DNA of 36,642 nt from Anaerolineae bacterium (GTDB lineage: Bacteria > Chloroflexota > Anaerolineae > Aggregatilineales > Phototrophicaceae): positions 1 to 36,642 of the forward strand of contig JBGSRB010000435.1 of NCBI GenBank assembly GCA_041737735.1. The letters are read 5' to 3'. A program made the position numbers and the translations under genes. The notes beneath the pieces were generated by a model, which saw only the letters and a program-made list of their open reading frames with translations, searched no databases and had not been told where the DNA came from. Below are positions 1-9,153 of the stretch, one piece after another (within the stretch, counting starts at the first letter, position 1; each line of letters begins with the position of its first letter).

Positions 1-92
1 GACATGCCGCTGCCGCGCAAGTTCAGCGCCATCAGCGCCGCGCCGATGACCGCGCCGACAGCGATCACGATCAAGGGAATAAGTTCGTTCAT
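1..92 (-). CDS. 5' end of a membrane protein, probably the ABC permease downstream of the solute-binding protein (runs off the window)
   Basis: Read manually: ATG at 92 gives MNELIPLIVIAVGAVIGAALMALNLRGSGM..., a hydrophobic N-terminus with purine-rich GAGAGAG upstream. The permease call rests on context only. Confidence 0.55.
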   Translation of the reverse strand, partial: MNELIPLIVIAVGAVIGAALMALNLRGSGM

Positions 93-145
93 GACACTCT
101 CTCACAACATGCAGGCATTGATAACGTGCTAAGTTTTACCACAAA

Positions 146-177
146 TGCAAAGGGCGCAGAGTTAACCTCTGCGCCCT
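146..177 (-). terminator. Stem-loop after the ABC binding-protein gene (terminator or mRNA-stabilising hairpin)
   Basis: Perfect 11-bp inverted repeat AGGGCGCAGAG (151-161) / CTCTGCGCCCT (167-177), followed on the minus strand by a short T run (TTGCATTTG). Confidence 0.6.
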
Positions 178-207
178 CCACCCGTATTTTACGACTGCCG
201 AACGCGC

Positions 208-1548
208 TTATTCAGCGAACAGCAAGTTATATTCGCTCAGAATGACATTGGCTTCAGCCTGCGCCGTCGCCAGCACATCGGCGGCTGACTCGTCGGTCAG
301 CAGCACGGTGTCGATTGCCTGCGTCACGACATTGCGAATCCCGGGGAACGCGCCGAGGATCGCACCAGCCGTAGCGGGCGTGACCGTGCTTTGCGACAGT
401 TGATCCGCCGCCACGCTGAAGTTCGGGTTGGTATCGAACCAGCCGTCAGCCGTCAGTGCGTCCGCCGCGCTCTCACGGACAGCGATGTAACCGGTGGTCT
501 GGTGCCATGAGGCATCATTTTCGGTCGCGGTCAAATACAGCAGGAAGCTGAGCGCGCCGTCTTGCACATTTTCGGGCAGTCCAGCGGTCAGCCACAGGCT
601 AGCGCCACCAATCAGGTTGCCCGTCCAGCCAGTTTCGTCGTTGTAAGGCAGGAAGGAAGCGACGACTTCAAAGCCGTTGTCGACGCCCGTTTCGGTGAAG
701 ATAGCGGTATCGCTGCTGCTGTAGGCGGTCATCGCCACTTGCTGGCTGCCGAACGCCTGATCGACGGTTGCCCACGAAGCGCCACCCTGCGCGCCACTGT
801 AGTACAGGAAGCCACGCGCCACCATGCTGTCGAGCCATTCGAGAATGGCGACACCCGCATCGCTGGCGAAGGTCACTTCGGTGGCACGCGCGTCACGACC
901 GTTGCCATTGTTGGCAAATTCGGCGTTTTGCTGCGCCAGCCACTGCTCGAAGAACCAACCGTGATTCGGGAAGGTGAAGCAGTATTCGGGCGCATTTTCC
1001 AGCGCCATGATCGCTTCGCACGCCGCTTCGACTTCGTCCCATGTCGTGGGAATTTCGACGCCCGCCGCATTGAGGTAGTTCATGTTGTTGAACCACGTGG
1101 CGCTGGACGTGTTCCACGGCATCGAGGTGAATTCACCATCGAGCGTGTAATACGCCGACACGGGCGCGACGAAGTCGTCGAGGTTGACGCTCAGCCCGTT
1201 GATCTCGGTGCGACCGTCGAGCGCGTCGGCAATCGAGGTGAAATAACCGCTGTCGCGCGCGTCTTGCGTGGCAACTTCAAAATATTGGACAACCGCAGGC
1301 AGCGCGTTCTGTTCGGCAGCTAACGCGGTTGCCGCAAACAGTTCTTCGTAGTTGGCATAGCCTTCCACGTTCACGTTGTATTGCGAGAACATTTCGTTAA
1401 ATTCGGCAGCGCGATCCTGCGTCCAACCCAAACGGGTCGCGTCGGTGAACGCGATCCACACGTTGACATCGGCAGTATCCTGCGCGAAGCCCGGAACGAC
1501 CGCCAGCAGCAGCGCCGCCAGTACCACTAAAAGCATAAAGCGTTTCAT
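208..1548 (-). CDS. ABC transporter extracellular solute-binding protein, UgpB-like (glycerol-3-phosphate/sugar)
   Basis: Signal peptide MKRFMLL...GFAQ; GGAGG RBS before ATG 1548; family motifs SMPWNTSS, P.TWDE, N.NGR..RAT, IGGASLW, WHQ.TGY. Confidence 0.85.
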   Translation of the reverse strand: MKRFMLLVVLAALLLAVVPGFAQDTADVNVWIAFTDATRLGWTQDRAAEFNEMFSQYNVNVEGYANYEELFAATALAAEQNALPAVVQYFEVATQDARDSGYFTSIADALDGRTEINGLSVNLDDFVAPVSAYYTLDGEFTSMPWNTSSATWFNNMNYLNAAGVEIPTTWDEVEAACEAIMALENAPEYCFTFPNHGWFFEQWLAQQNAEFANNGNGRDARATEVTFASDAGVAILEWLDSMVARGFLYYSGAQGGASWATVDQAFGSQQVAMTAYSSSDTAIFTETGVDNGFEVVASFLPYNDETGWTGNLIGGASLWLTAGLPENVQDGALSFLLYLTATENDASWHQTTGYIAVRESAADALTADGWFDTNPNFSVAADQLSQSTVTPATAGAILGAFPGIRNVVTQAIDTVLLTDESAADVLATAQAEANVILSEYNLLFAE

Positions 1549-1675
1549 TGATAGAGCCTCCAAGTGTTTTTTTCCACAAGGAGTAAGTGTATTGGATAAG
1601 TTTTAACACTATGACGCCCTCATGTTAAATCTATTTCACAATCTGCTCTCATTGCGCTTCCCCTTTTAACATCAT

Positions 1676-1739
1676 CCACTTGACCTAAAGGGCGACCCAT
1701 CGCTCATCTCATGTCATACACACCTATAACGGGTATGCT
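1676..1739 (+). promoter_or_regulatory. CCACTTGACCTA box (1676-1687) plus putative -10 TATGCT (1734-1739) for yihY
   Basis: Exact 12-mer shared with the csbD and DUF1328 upstream regions, with the same 46-nt gap to a -10-like hexamer. Confidence 0.65.
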
Positions 1740-1842
1740 GGATACGATGGCACGCATCGTGAATGTGGTGCTGTTGTGCCGTTGGTTAAACCAAACTCGA
1801 ATTGCCGCTGCGCTGCACTCACGCGGAGGAAAGGTAGGCATT

Positions 1843-2736
1843 ATGCGTGTTCTCCGAACAATTTTCGATCTCATCCGCACCACCTTCAACCAATGGAATC
1901 AGCACAACGCGCCGATGATGGCAGCGTCACTTGCCTACTTTGCAGCGTTTTCGATTGCCCCGTTGATCGTGATGGTGGTGTCGATTGCGGGCTTGGTGAT
2001 CAGTCAAGACGCCTTGCAAACACAGATTCTGACCGAGATCGAAGCCACGCTGGGCGCTGAAACCGCCGAACTGGTGGCAGACATCATCCAGAACATTACC
2101 GAACCAGCGCAAGGCATCATCTCGACCGTGTTGAGCGTGGGCGCGCTGCTGTTTGGCGCGCTAGGCGTATTCAATCAATTGCAGAATGCGCTGAACCGCA
2201 TCTGGAACGCCGCCGAAGTGAAGCCCCCCACTGGCATCGTCAGCTTCATCACCGATAAGTTGCTGGCGTTCAGCATGATTTTCGTGCTGGGCGGCTTGCT
2301 GGTGCTATCGATCATGCTCGGCACAGTGGTCACGCTGATCGATGAGAATATCACCAGCGCTCTGCCCGGCTCGAACATCCTTTATCAGATCGCCAACTTC
2401 GCGCTGTCGTTCGGCATCACCACGCTGCTGTTTATGGTCGTCTATAAGGTGCTGCCGCGCGTCGAAATTCACTGGGGCGATGTGTGGGTGGGCGCAGTCG
2501 TAACCACGCTGTTATTCACCGTTGGGCGCACGATATTGGGCTTGTATTTGAACAACGTCGCCGCGACATCGACGTATGGCGCGGCGGGCGCGTTGATCGT
2601 GGTGCTGATATGGGTATATTATTCGGCGCAGATTGTGCTTTTAGGCGCGGTGTTCACACACGTGTTCACCAAGTGGCGGCACAACCTGCCCGTGATCGTG
2701 CCTAAAACTGCCGAGATGCCCGTCGAAAAGGCGTAA
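1843..2736 (+). CDS. YihY/virulence factor BrkB family membrane protein
   Basis: Motifs MAASLAYFAAFSIAP, LQNALNRIW, STYGAAGALIVVLIWVYYSAQIVLLGA. Start moved to ATG 1843 because of the GGAGGAAAGG RBS; the ORF-track start at 1711 overlaps the promoter. Confidence 0.9.
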   Translation: MRVLRTIFDLIRTTFNQWNQHNAPMMAASLAYFAAFSIAPLIVMVVSIAGLVISQDALQTQILTEIEATLGAETAELVADIIQNITEPAQGIISTVLSVGALLFGALGVFNQLQNALNRIWNAAEVKPPTGIVSFITDKLLAFSMIFVLGGLLVLSIMLGTVVTLIDENITSALPGSNILYQIANFALSFGITTLLFMVVYKVLPRVEIHWGDVWVGAVVTTLLFTVGRTILGLYLNNVAATSTYGAAGALIVVLIWVYYSAQIVLLGAVFTHVFTKWRHNLPVIVPKTAEMPVEKA

Positions 2737-2760
2737 GCGGCGCGCGGCTTACGCTTCTTC
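2731..2760 (+). terminator. Hairpin terminator between convergent yihY and AI-2E genes
   Basis: GCGTAAGC (2731-2738) / GCTTACGC (2747-2754) followed by TTCTTC. Confidence 0.5.
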
Positions 2761-2785
2761 GATAGTGTGATCACGATCATCACGA

Positions 2786-3886
2786 TCACATCGACTCCAC
2801 TTCACCACCATTGGTCTTAAAAATTGGCACCCCACCCTCAACCGCGTAAGCTGTCACTTGTTCGGCGCGTGGTTCGACCACGAAACGGCGCAGCAGCACG
2901 CTGATTGTGCTAAGGATCGGGATCGAGATGATGCCACCCATCACGCCATACAACGCGAAACCGACGAAGATCGCCACCAGCACCAGCAGCGGATCAACGC
3001 TGATCGAACGCGCCATCACGCGCGGGGATAGCACGTGTGCTTCAATCTGCTGGATGATGAAGAACACCACGAACACCACCAATGCGTTCGCCGGGGATAC
3101 CAACAGCGCAAACCCCACCGCCAACACCCCGCCCACCAAGCCGCCCACAATCGGCAGAATCGACGTGATGCCCAAGATAAAGGCATATGTGGCGGCGCTG
3201 TTGACGCCCAACAGCGATAAAACGATGAAGTTAGCGATGCCCACAAACAGAGCGATGAAGATCAAGCCGCGCGTGTAGCTGCCTAGCGATTCTTCGATTT
3301 CGAGCAGCGCGGCTTCGCTGTTTTCCCGATGCTCGGAAGCGCTTAAACGTGTGATGAAGCGGATCGCTTTATCGCGCGACGCCAGCCAATAAATGCCCAT
3401 CACGATCACCAGCACCAGGTCACCAAGTGCGTCGCTGGCGCTGCCTGCCAACGTGGGTGCGCTGTCGCGCAGTTGTTGCACAACATCCGCCACTGCTTCA
3501 CGAATCGTCTCGGTGTCCGCCAAGGCGACTTCTTCGCCGGTGATGCGGCTTAGATTGAATTCGAGAAAGTTGCGCGCAATAAGAATACGATTCGCCAAGC
3601 GGGCATCGCTTTGCATGTAATCAGCAGCTTGATTGACCAACGGGGGCAGCAGCGCCACCAAAATGATAAACGTGAACAACAGCGCACCCACGTAAATGAG
3701 CAGGATGGCTGCCCCTTCTGGCACACGCCAGCGCACCAGACGCCCCACCAGCGGGCGCACTGCCGACGCGATAATCATCGCCAGCAGCAGCAGCACCAAC
3801 ACATTGACGCTCATAAACAACGCATAGCCAGTTGCCAACGCCGCCAGTACCGCCAGCGTAATTTTGAACGCCCGCTGCATGGTCAT
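2786..3886 (-). CDS. AI-2E family transporter (PerM/UPF0118)
   Basis: Multi-TM protein with LPIVGG, IQQIEAHVLSPRVM and G..G.IISIP motifs; AAGGGGG RBS. Start could be 3880, 3886 or 3895. Confidence 0.88.
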   Translation of the reverse strand: MTMQRAFKITLAVLAALATGYALFMSVNVLVLLLLAMIIASAVRPLVGRLVRWRVPEGAAILLIYVGALLFTFIILVALLPPLVNQAADYMQSDARLANRILIARNFLEFNLSRITGEEVALADTETIREAVADVVQQLRDSAPTLAGSASDALGDLVLVIVMGIYWLASRDKAIRFITRLSASEHRENSEAALLEIEESLGSYTRGLIFIALFVGIANFIVLSLLGVNSAATYAFILGITSILPIVGGLVGGVLAVGFALLVSPANALVVFVVFFIIQQIEAHVLSPRVMARSISVDPLLVLVAIFVGFALYGVMGGIISIPILSTISVLLRRFVVEPRAEQVTAYAVEGGVPIFKTNGGEVESM

Positions 3887-3928
3887 ATTGCCCATTTCCC
3901 CCCTTGGTGCGCGCCCCACAGCGCGCAG

Positions 3929-4570
3929 TTACGATGCGCCTAACAGTCGATGCTCAACCGCGACCGCCACCGCTTGGGTGCGGCTGGATGTCCCCATTTT
4001 GGACAAAATATTGCTCACATGATTCTTGACTGTGGCGCTGCTGATGATCAAACGTTCGCCAATTTCGCGGTTGCTCAAGCCTTCGATCATCAATGCCAGC
4101 ACTTCGCGCTCGCGCTCGGTCAAATCGTGACCGGGGATGGGCGCGCGCGTGGTGGCGGCGATCAGCATTTGCGCGGCTTCCGGCGCCAGCGTCGATTTGC
4201 CGCGATGCGCCTTGCGCACTGCTTCCGCAAGTTCATCCACCGAGACATTTTTCATCAAGTAACTGATCGCGCCCGCCTTCAGCGCATCCTGCACGGTGTC
4301 TTCATCATTGAAGCTGGTCAGCATAATCACCTGTGTTTCCGGGCAGACAGCGCGAATCCGCGTGGTGGCGGTCACGCCATTCATGCCGGGCATGACCATA
4401 TCCATCAACACGACATGCGGCTGATACTGCCGACACAGCGCAACGGCAAATTCACCGCTGGAGGTGTCGCCAATAATCTCGAATTCGTCGAAATTCTCCA
4501 ATAGGACGATCAGCCCTTTACGCACCATATCATGATCATCGACGATCAACACGCGAATCCGTTCGTTCAT
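3929..4570 (-). CDS. NarL/FixJ (LuxR-HTH) family response regulator
   Basis: REC domain (VDDH, LMDMVMP, LTSF, YLMK) plus LuxR HTH (LTEREREVL...GLSNREIG...TVKNHVSNILSK...RTQAV). Confidence 0.95.
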   Translation of the reverse strand: MNERIRVLIVDDHDMVRKGLIVLLENFDEFEIIGDTSSGEFAVALCRQYQPHVVLMDMVMPGMNGVTATTRIRAVCPETQVIMLTSFNDEDTVQDALKAGAISYLMKNVSVDELAEAVRKAHRGKSTLAPEAAQMLIAATTRAPIPGHDLTEREREVLALMIEGLSNREIGERLIISSATVKNHVSNILSKMGTSSRTQAVAVAVEHRLLGAS

Positions 4571-4662
4571 TGCTCTTTTGCCTTTAATTGTTGCGAACAT
4601 CCCGCATCATTTGCGGTTAGATCGTGCTGCTAAATGATAAAATTGCGTTGACACGCCCCAAC

Positions 4663-6105
4663 TTAAGCCGACTGTAACTGCCACATGACCTGCACGCGCG
4701 TGCCGTTTCCGGGTTGGCTGTCGGTGATCAGCGCTGCGCCGATCTCATCCGCGCGTTCGTTCATAATGCTCATACCATGACTCGCCCCGTTCAGCGTCTC
4801 GCGGTTAAAACCGCGCCCATCGTCCTCAATCAGCAAATGCAGACAGGCATCATCGATCCACAGGCGAATCATGACATTGCGCGCATCGGCATGTTTAACC
4901 ACATTATTGAGCGCCTCTTGCAAAATGCGGTAGAGGCTGATCTGGGTGTCGGGCGGCAGCGTCGGCACACTATCCAGCGCAACATGAAAATTGATCAGGC
5001 GGCGGCTGCTTAATGAGCGAATAAACTGCGCGACCAACTCGCCAAATTGCACTTTGGTCAGTGCCGCCGGACGCAGTTCAAGCAGCAGCACACGCATTTC
5101 AGCCAGTGCGCCCTGCGTCAGTTGATGCAGTTGTTCGACCAAAATCCGCGCTTTCTCCGGGTTGGCGTTCCACTGGCGCAGTGATGATTCGGCAACCACG
5201 CTGGCGGTGAACAACGTCTGCGTGACCGAGTCGTGCAGTTCGCGCGCCAGACGCTGCCGTTCTTCGTGCGCGGCAAGCCCTCTCGATTTTTCGCGTTCCG
5301 CGCTTTCGATCTGCTTGCGCTGGGTGATGTCGGTGTAATACTCGATGCGCCCGCCTGCGTACATGCCATCATTAATCCGCTGACTCCAGTGATCGAGCCA
5401 GCGTTCCTCACGATTTTCACCGGCGATCACATGACACTCCAAATGCGTGGTGAAATCATTCTTGAGATAGGTGTTCAACACCGCTTGAGCATAATCATCA
5501 GGCAGCTCGAACACGCACTTAAGCTTGCTTTCGATCAGATGGCGCTTATCCTGCCCCAGTAATTCCTCACGGCGCACATTGAAGTAAATCTCGGTGGCTT
5601 CGTTAACCCACACCACATTGAAATTTTTGTCGAGCAGCAGCACACCCACCGTCGCGATATTGAACACATCATTGATCAGCGAGCGATATTCTTCTTCGCT
5701 GCGGCGCAGCGCCGCCTCCGTGCGATGGCGTTCCAGCGCATAACGCAGGGCGCGCCCCAAGATGTAACTATTGGTTTCATCTTTGATCAGATAATCCTGC
5801 GCGCCTGCTTGCACCGACTGAATGCCGTTGTGTTCATCGTTTGAACCAGTCAGCACTACAATCGGCAGATTGGGCGCTTTGGCGCACGCCAACTCGACCG
5901 TTTCCACGCCGAAACTATCCGGCAGCGAGAGATCGAGCAAAATTAGGTCGAACACTTGATCGTGAAGCGCCGCCAAACCATCCGCCAGCGTGTTGAACGC
6001 GTGCAGCGTGAACTGCGAATTTAACTCGCGAATCATCTCGCGAATCAAACGCGCATCACCGGGGTTATCCTCAATCAACAAAATGTGCATCGGTTCATCG
6101 TTCAT
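4663..6105 (-). CDS. Cytoplasmic hybrid sensor kinase: REC - PAS - HisKA_3 - HATPase (NarX/DesK class)
   Basis: N-terminal receiver (IEDNPGD, LLDLSLPD); PAS (VNEA...EELLG); H-box ERQRLARELHDSVTQ; EALNNVVKHA, DDGRGF, HGMSIMNERA. No TM segment. Confidence 0.92.
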   Translation of the reverse strand: MNDEPMHILLIEDNPGDARLIREMIRELNSQFTLHAFNTLADGLAALHDQVFDLILLDLSLPDSFGVETVELACAKAPNLPIVVLTGSNDEHNGIQSVQAGAQDYLIKDETNSYILGRALRYALERHRTEAALRRSEEEYRSLINDVFNIATVGVLLLDKNFNVVWVNEATEIYFNVRREELLGQDKRHLIESKLKCVFELPDDYAQAVLNTYLKNDFTTHLECHVIAGENREERWLDHWSQRINDGMYAGGRIEYYTDITQRKQIESAEREKSRGLAAHEERQRLARELHDSVTQTLFTASVVAESSLRQWNANPEKARILVEQLHQLTQGALAEMRVLLLELRPAALTKVQFGELVAQFIRSLSSRRLINFHVALDSVPTLPPDTQISLYRILQEALNNVVKHADARNVMIRLWIDDACLHLLIEDDGRGFNRETLNGASHGMSIMNERADEIGAALITDSQPGNGTRVQVMWQLQSA

Positions 6106-6132
6106 AACACACCACTTTACCCTTCGTTAGCT

Positions 6133-6567
6133 TTACGTTGGGGGCAGCTTGACAATGCTGAACCAGAAATTCTCGATGTTTTTGACGATGGTCACAAAAC
6201 GCGGCAGATCGACCGGCTTGGTGATGTAACAATTGGCGTGCAAATTATAGCTGGTCAAAATGTCGCGCTCATCATCGGATGTGGTCAGCACCACCACCGG
6301 AATTCGCTTGAAATCTTCATCCTGCTTGATCTCAGCCAGCACTTCATTCCCACTTTTACGTGGCAGGTTGAGATCGAGCAGGATAATGTCTGGACGCGGC
6401 GCATCGGCAAATTTTCCTTCACGGCGCAGAAACGCCATAGCTTCGACGCCATCGACAACAACGTGGAGATTATTCACGATCTTGCTATCTTTGAGCGCTT
6501 CGCGCGTCAAGCGCACGTCGCCGGGGTTATCTTCAACTAAGAGAATCTCAACTACTTGAAGCATCAT
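6133..6567 (-). CDS. Single-domain response regulator, Rcp1/CheY-like
   Basis: [40 protein letters not shown] and the FW..IVKLP C-terminus typical of Rcp-type receivers. Its start abuts the kinase stop (TAG ATG). Confidence 0.93.
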   Translation of the reverse strand: MMLQVVEILLVEDNPGDVRLTREALKDSKIVNNLHVVVDGVEAMAFLRREGKFADAPRPDIILLDLNLPRKSGNEVLAEIKQDEDFKRIPVVVLTTSDDERDILTSYNLHANCYITKPVDLPRFVTIVKNIENFWFSIVKLPPT

Positions 6568-8487
6568 CTAGTTCCTTATATGCTGCGATGTTAGGGGCAG
6601 CGTGAAATGAAAAGTCGTGCCAACTTGGGGCGTCGATTCAACCCATATGCGCCCACCATGCCGTTCGACCACTTTCTTACAGATCGCCAAGCCGATGCCC
6701 GTTCCCGAATACTCGGAGGTGCCGTGCAACCGCTGAAATACGACGAAGATGCGTTCGAGATAATCCGCTTCAATGCCGATGCCGTTATCGCGCACGCTGA
6801 AGTGATGGCAACCATCAGCGCGCTGCACACCAACATGAATTTCAGGCGGACGTTCGCTGCGAAACTTGATCGCGTTGCCGATCAAGTTTTGGAATAACTG
6901 CACAAGCTGCGCGTGATCGGCTTGCACATTGGGCAGGGGATCATCATGGGTGATCGTGGCGCCACTTTCCTCAATTGCCGCTGACAGATTCGCCAATGTT
7001 TGCTTGAATGCAGCTTCGGCATCCACCGATTCAAAGGTCTGCTCACCCTTCTCCACCCGTGAATATGCCAGCAGATCGTTGATCAAGGCTTTCATGCGTA
7101 CCGCACCATCGACAGCGTAAGCGATGAACTCGCGGGCATCATCATCCAGTTGATCATTGTAGCGGCGTTCCAGCAGTTGCAGATAACTCGTCACCATACG
7201 CAGCGGTTCTTGTAAATCGTGCGATGCGATGTAAGCGAACTGTTGCAATTCTTCATTCGAGCGCCGCAGCATTTGCGTGTAACGCGCCAGCACTTTTTCA
7301 TGCTGCTGGCGCTGGCTGATGTCCATCATCACGCCGCGCGCGCCCACCGTCTGCCCATCACGCTGAATAATGGACAAATGCGCTTCGATGTCCAAAATCT
7401 GCCCCAGTTTATGCACCGCGCGAAACCGGATCACACCAGCTTGGCCGCTCTCATACAAGGCGCTCGCCCGCCCGCCCGATGCGGGTAGATCGTCGGGATG
7501 CACCACTTCCGCCCAAAAATCGGGATTTGTGAGCGCCTCATCACGGCTATAACCGAACAGATGCTCGACGTAATCATTGATGAACACCAACTCGCGTTTA
7601 CCGTCCCCGTCCGTGATCGCGCTTTCCCAGATCACACCCGGCACATGCGCGACGATCTCACGCAGGCGTTCGCGCTCAGCTTCGAGCAACGCGCTAAATT
7701 TGGCGCGTTCTTGTTCGGCTAACTGCTGCGCGGTGATGTCGCGCAGGATCGTGATCACCATTTGAGTGCCCTCGTTCGTTGCAGTCGTCAGCGATGAAGT
7801 GAACACCACCCAACGCCGCTGCCCCGTGAACTTGTCAATCAGTTGCAGCGTTCGATGCACGCGCCGGCGCTGGCGCAGTGTCACCCGCATGGGCAAATCT
7901 TCAAGACTAACAAGCTGCTCAGCTTGATCGAACAGGTCATAACGCGCCCATAACGCCTGGGTATAAATCAAATGCTGGCTTTCCGGCATCCCGCCCAAAA
8001 GTAACGTAGCGGTCTCGTTGGCGAAAGTCAGCCGTTCGTTCTGATCCTGCACCAAAATGCCATCAGCAACACCATGCAGCACGATCTCCAATTGATCGCG
8101 CGCATCCTGCAATTTCAGCCCCACCCGCGCGCGCGCTTCTTCCAAATAACTGACCACACACGCCAACAGTAGGAAAATCAAAAGCTGAAGCAGATCGCGC
8201 GCATCAGCAAACAAACGAATCACGCGCATATCAGGATACAGGTTCGTCAAGATCATCGTCAGCAGCGTTGCCAGCAAGCCCGGTCCCAACCCGCCCAACC
8301 ACGCGCTAAAGATGATCGCCGCCCAGTAAAACAAGTAGCGGCTATCAGCGATTACATCGCCAAACAAGACGGTCAATCCAAAAGCAACCAGAATAAACAC
8401 CAGCGTGTAGAGATAACCACTGCCACGTCGGATCGTGTGTTGGCGGAGTGTTGAAAATCCTCGTGTGATCTGCTGTGTTTTCCACAT
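6568..8487 (-). CDS. Membrane sensor histidine kinase: DUF4118-like TM - PAS - PAS - HisKA - HATPase (Cph1/BphP-type transmitter, no chromophore module)
   Basis: TM block AWLGGLGPGLLAT; PAS motif VHPDD; H-box FAYIASHDLQEPLR; QNLIGNAIKF, DNGIGI, GTGIGLAICKK. Start uncertain (8487 chosen; ORF track 8547). Confidence 0.9.
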   Translation of the reverse strand: MWKTQQITRGFSTLRQHTIRRGSGYLYTLVFILVAFGLTVLFGDVIADSRYLFYWAAIIFSAWLGGLGPGLLATLLTMILTNLYPDMRVIRLFADARDLLQLLIFLLLACVVSYLEEARARVGLKLQDARDQLEIVLHGVADGILVQDQNERLTFANETATLLLGGMPESQHLIYTQALWARYDLFDQAEQLVSLEDLPMRVTLRQRRRVHRTLQLIDKFTGQRRWVVFTSSLTTATNEGTQMVITILRDITAQQLAEQERAKFSALLEAERERLREIVAHVPGVIWESAITDGDGKRELVFINDYVEHLFGYSRDEALTNPDFWAEVVHPDDLPASGGRASALYESGQAGVIRFRAVHKLGQILDIEAHLSIIQRDGQTVGARGVMMDISQRQQHEKVLARYTQMLRRSNEELQQFAYIASHDLQEPLRMVTSYLQLLERRYNDQLDDDAREFIAYAVDGAVRMKALINDLLAYSRVEKGEQTFESVDAEAAFKQTLANLSAAIEESGATITHDDPLPNVQADHAQLVQLFQNLIGNAIKFRSERPPEIHVGVQRADGCHHFSVRDNGIGIEADYLERIFVVFQRLHGTSEYSGTGIGLAICKKVVERHGGRIWVESTPQVGTTFHFTLPLTSQHIRN

Positions 8488-8586
8488 AACGGGTGTGTTC
8501 ACTCGCGATTTCAGGATTGTTGTATAGTGTAGTGTACACCAGCCCAACTTTCCCCTCTACTGACGAACGGCACAGCCCCGACTCCA

Positions 8587-8650
8587 CCACTTGACCTATC
8601 TCAAAATGACTAGCCTGCGGGATGATGCACAACGCCCTGCCGTTTATCCT
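8587..8650 (+). promoter_or_regulatory. CCACTTGACCTA box (8587-8598) plus putative -10 TATCCT (8645-8650) for csbD
   Basis: Exact 12-mer with a 46-nt gap to the hexamer; lies in the divergent region shared with the kinase operon. Confidence 0.65.
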
Positions 8651-8733
8651 ATAGATGTGTTGGCGTGAACAATCATGCTCACCACACCAAGTCATGAAAT
8701 TCAGGCAATGAGTTGCCAAAAGGAGACAAACAC

Positions 8734-8949
8734 ATGTCTAGCGGAATTTGGGATCAGCTCGAAGGTAAATGGAAGCAACTTAAGGGCGATGTGCGCGTTA
8801 AGTGGGGCGAACTGACCGACGACGAAGTCGAAAAAATCGCCGGCAACCGTGATAAATTGGCGGGTAAGATTCAAGAAAAATACGGACGCACTAAAGAAGA
8901 AGCCAACCGCGAAATCGACGAGTGGGCTGATAGCGTCAAGTTCGACTAA
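8734..8949 (+). CDS. csbD: CsbD/YjbJ family general stress protein
   Basis: WDQLEGKWKQLKG.V..KWGELTDDE.....G.RDKL.GKIQEKYG.TKEEA signature; AGGAGA RBS before ATG 8734. Confidence 0.93.
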   Translation: MSSGIWDQLEGKWKQLKGDVRVKWGELTDDEVEKIAGNRDKLAGKIQEKYGRTKEEANREIDEWADSVKFD

Positions 8950-8966
8950 GCGTGCATAAGGGTGGT

Positions 8967-8991
8967 GCAACCGCGCACAACACGCGGTTGC
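8967..8991 (+). terminator. Stem-loop downstream of csbD
   Basis: GCAACCGCG / CGCGGTTGC 9-bp inverted repeat with no clear U tract; a second imperfect hairpin lies at about 9037-9074. Confidence 0.4.
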
Positions 8992-9153
8992 TCGCTAACG
9001 AGCTTTTAACAAGCTGATGAAACAAGCGCTAACTGCGCCCTCACGATCTGAACAGCCGTGTTCTCGTGGGGGCGTTTGTGTCCCGCTAGCACCAGCTTAG
9101 GCACTATGGTATCTAGACTTTATAACTGAAACCGCTAGAGTCATTGTAGAGCT

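Noticed and set aside
1623-1640. Possible CRP/Rex site TGTTA...TCACA
   Set aside because: Half-sites are separated by 8 nt rather than the canonical 6, so it was not assigned to these regulators.
4681-4692. CCACATGACCTG, a 10/12 match to the shared box, upstream of the NarL regulator gene
   Set aside because: It lies inside the kinase coding sequence (QVMW codons), in the opposite orientation and at a different spacing from the candidate -10. It could be an autoregulatory site but cannot be distinguished from chance.
6133-8487. Bacteriophytochrome/Rcp light-sensing pair
   Set aside because: The transmitter and receiver are of the Cph1/Rcp1 type, but the kinase has no GAF-PHY module or LOV GxNCRFLQ motif.
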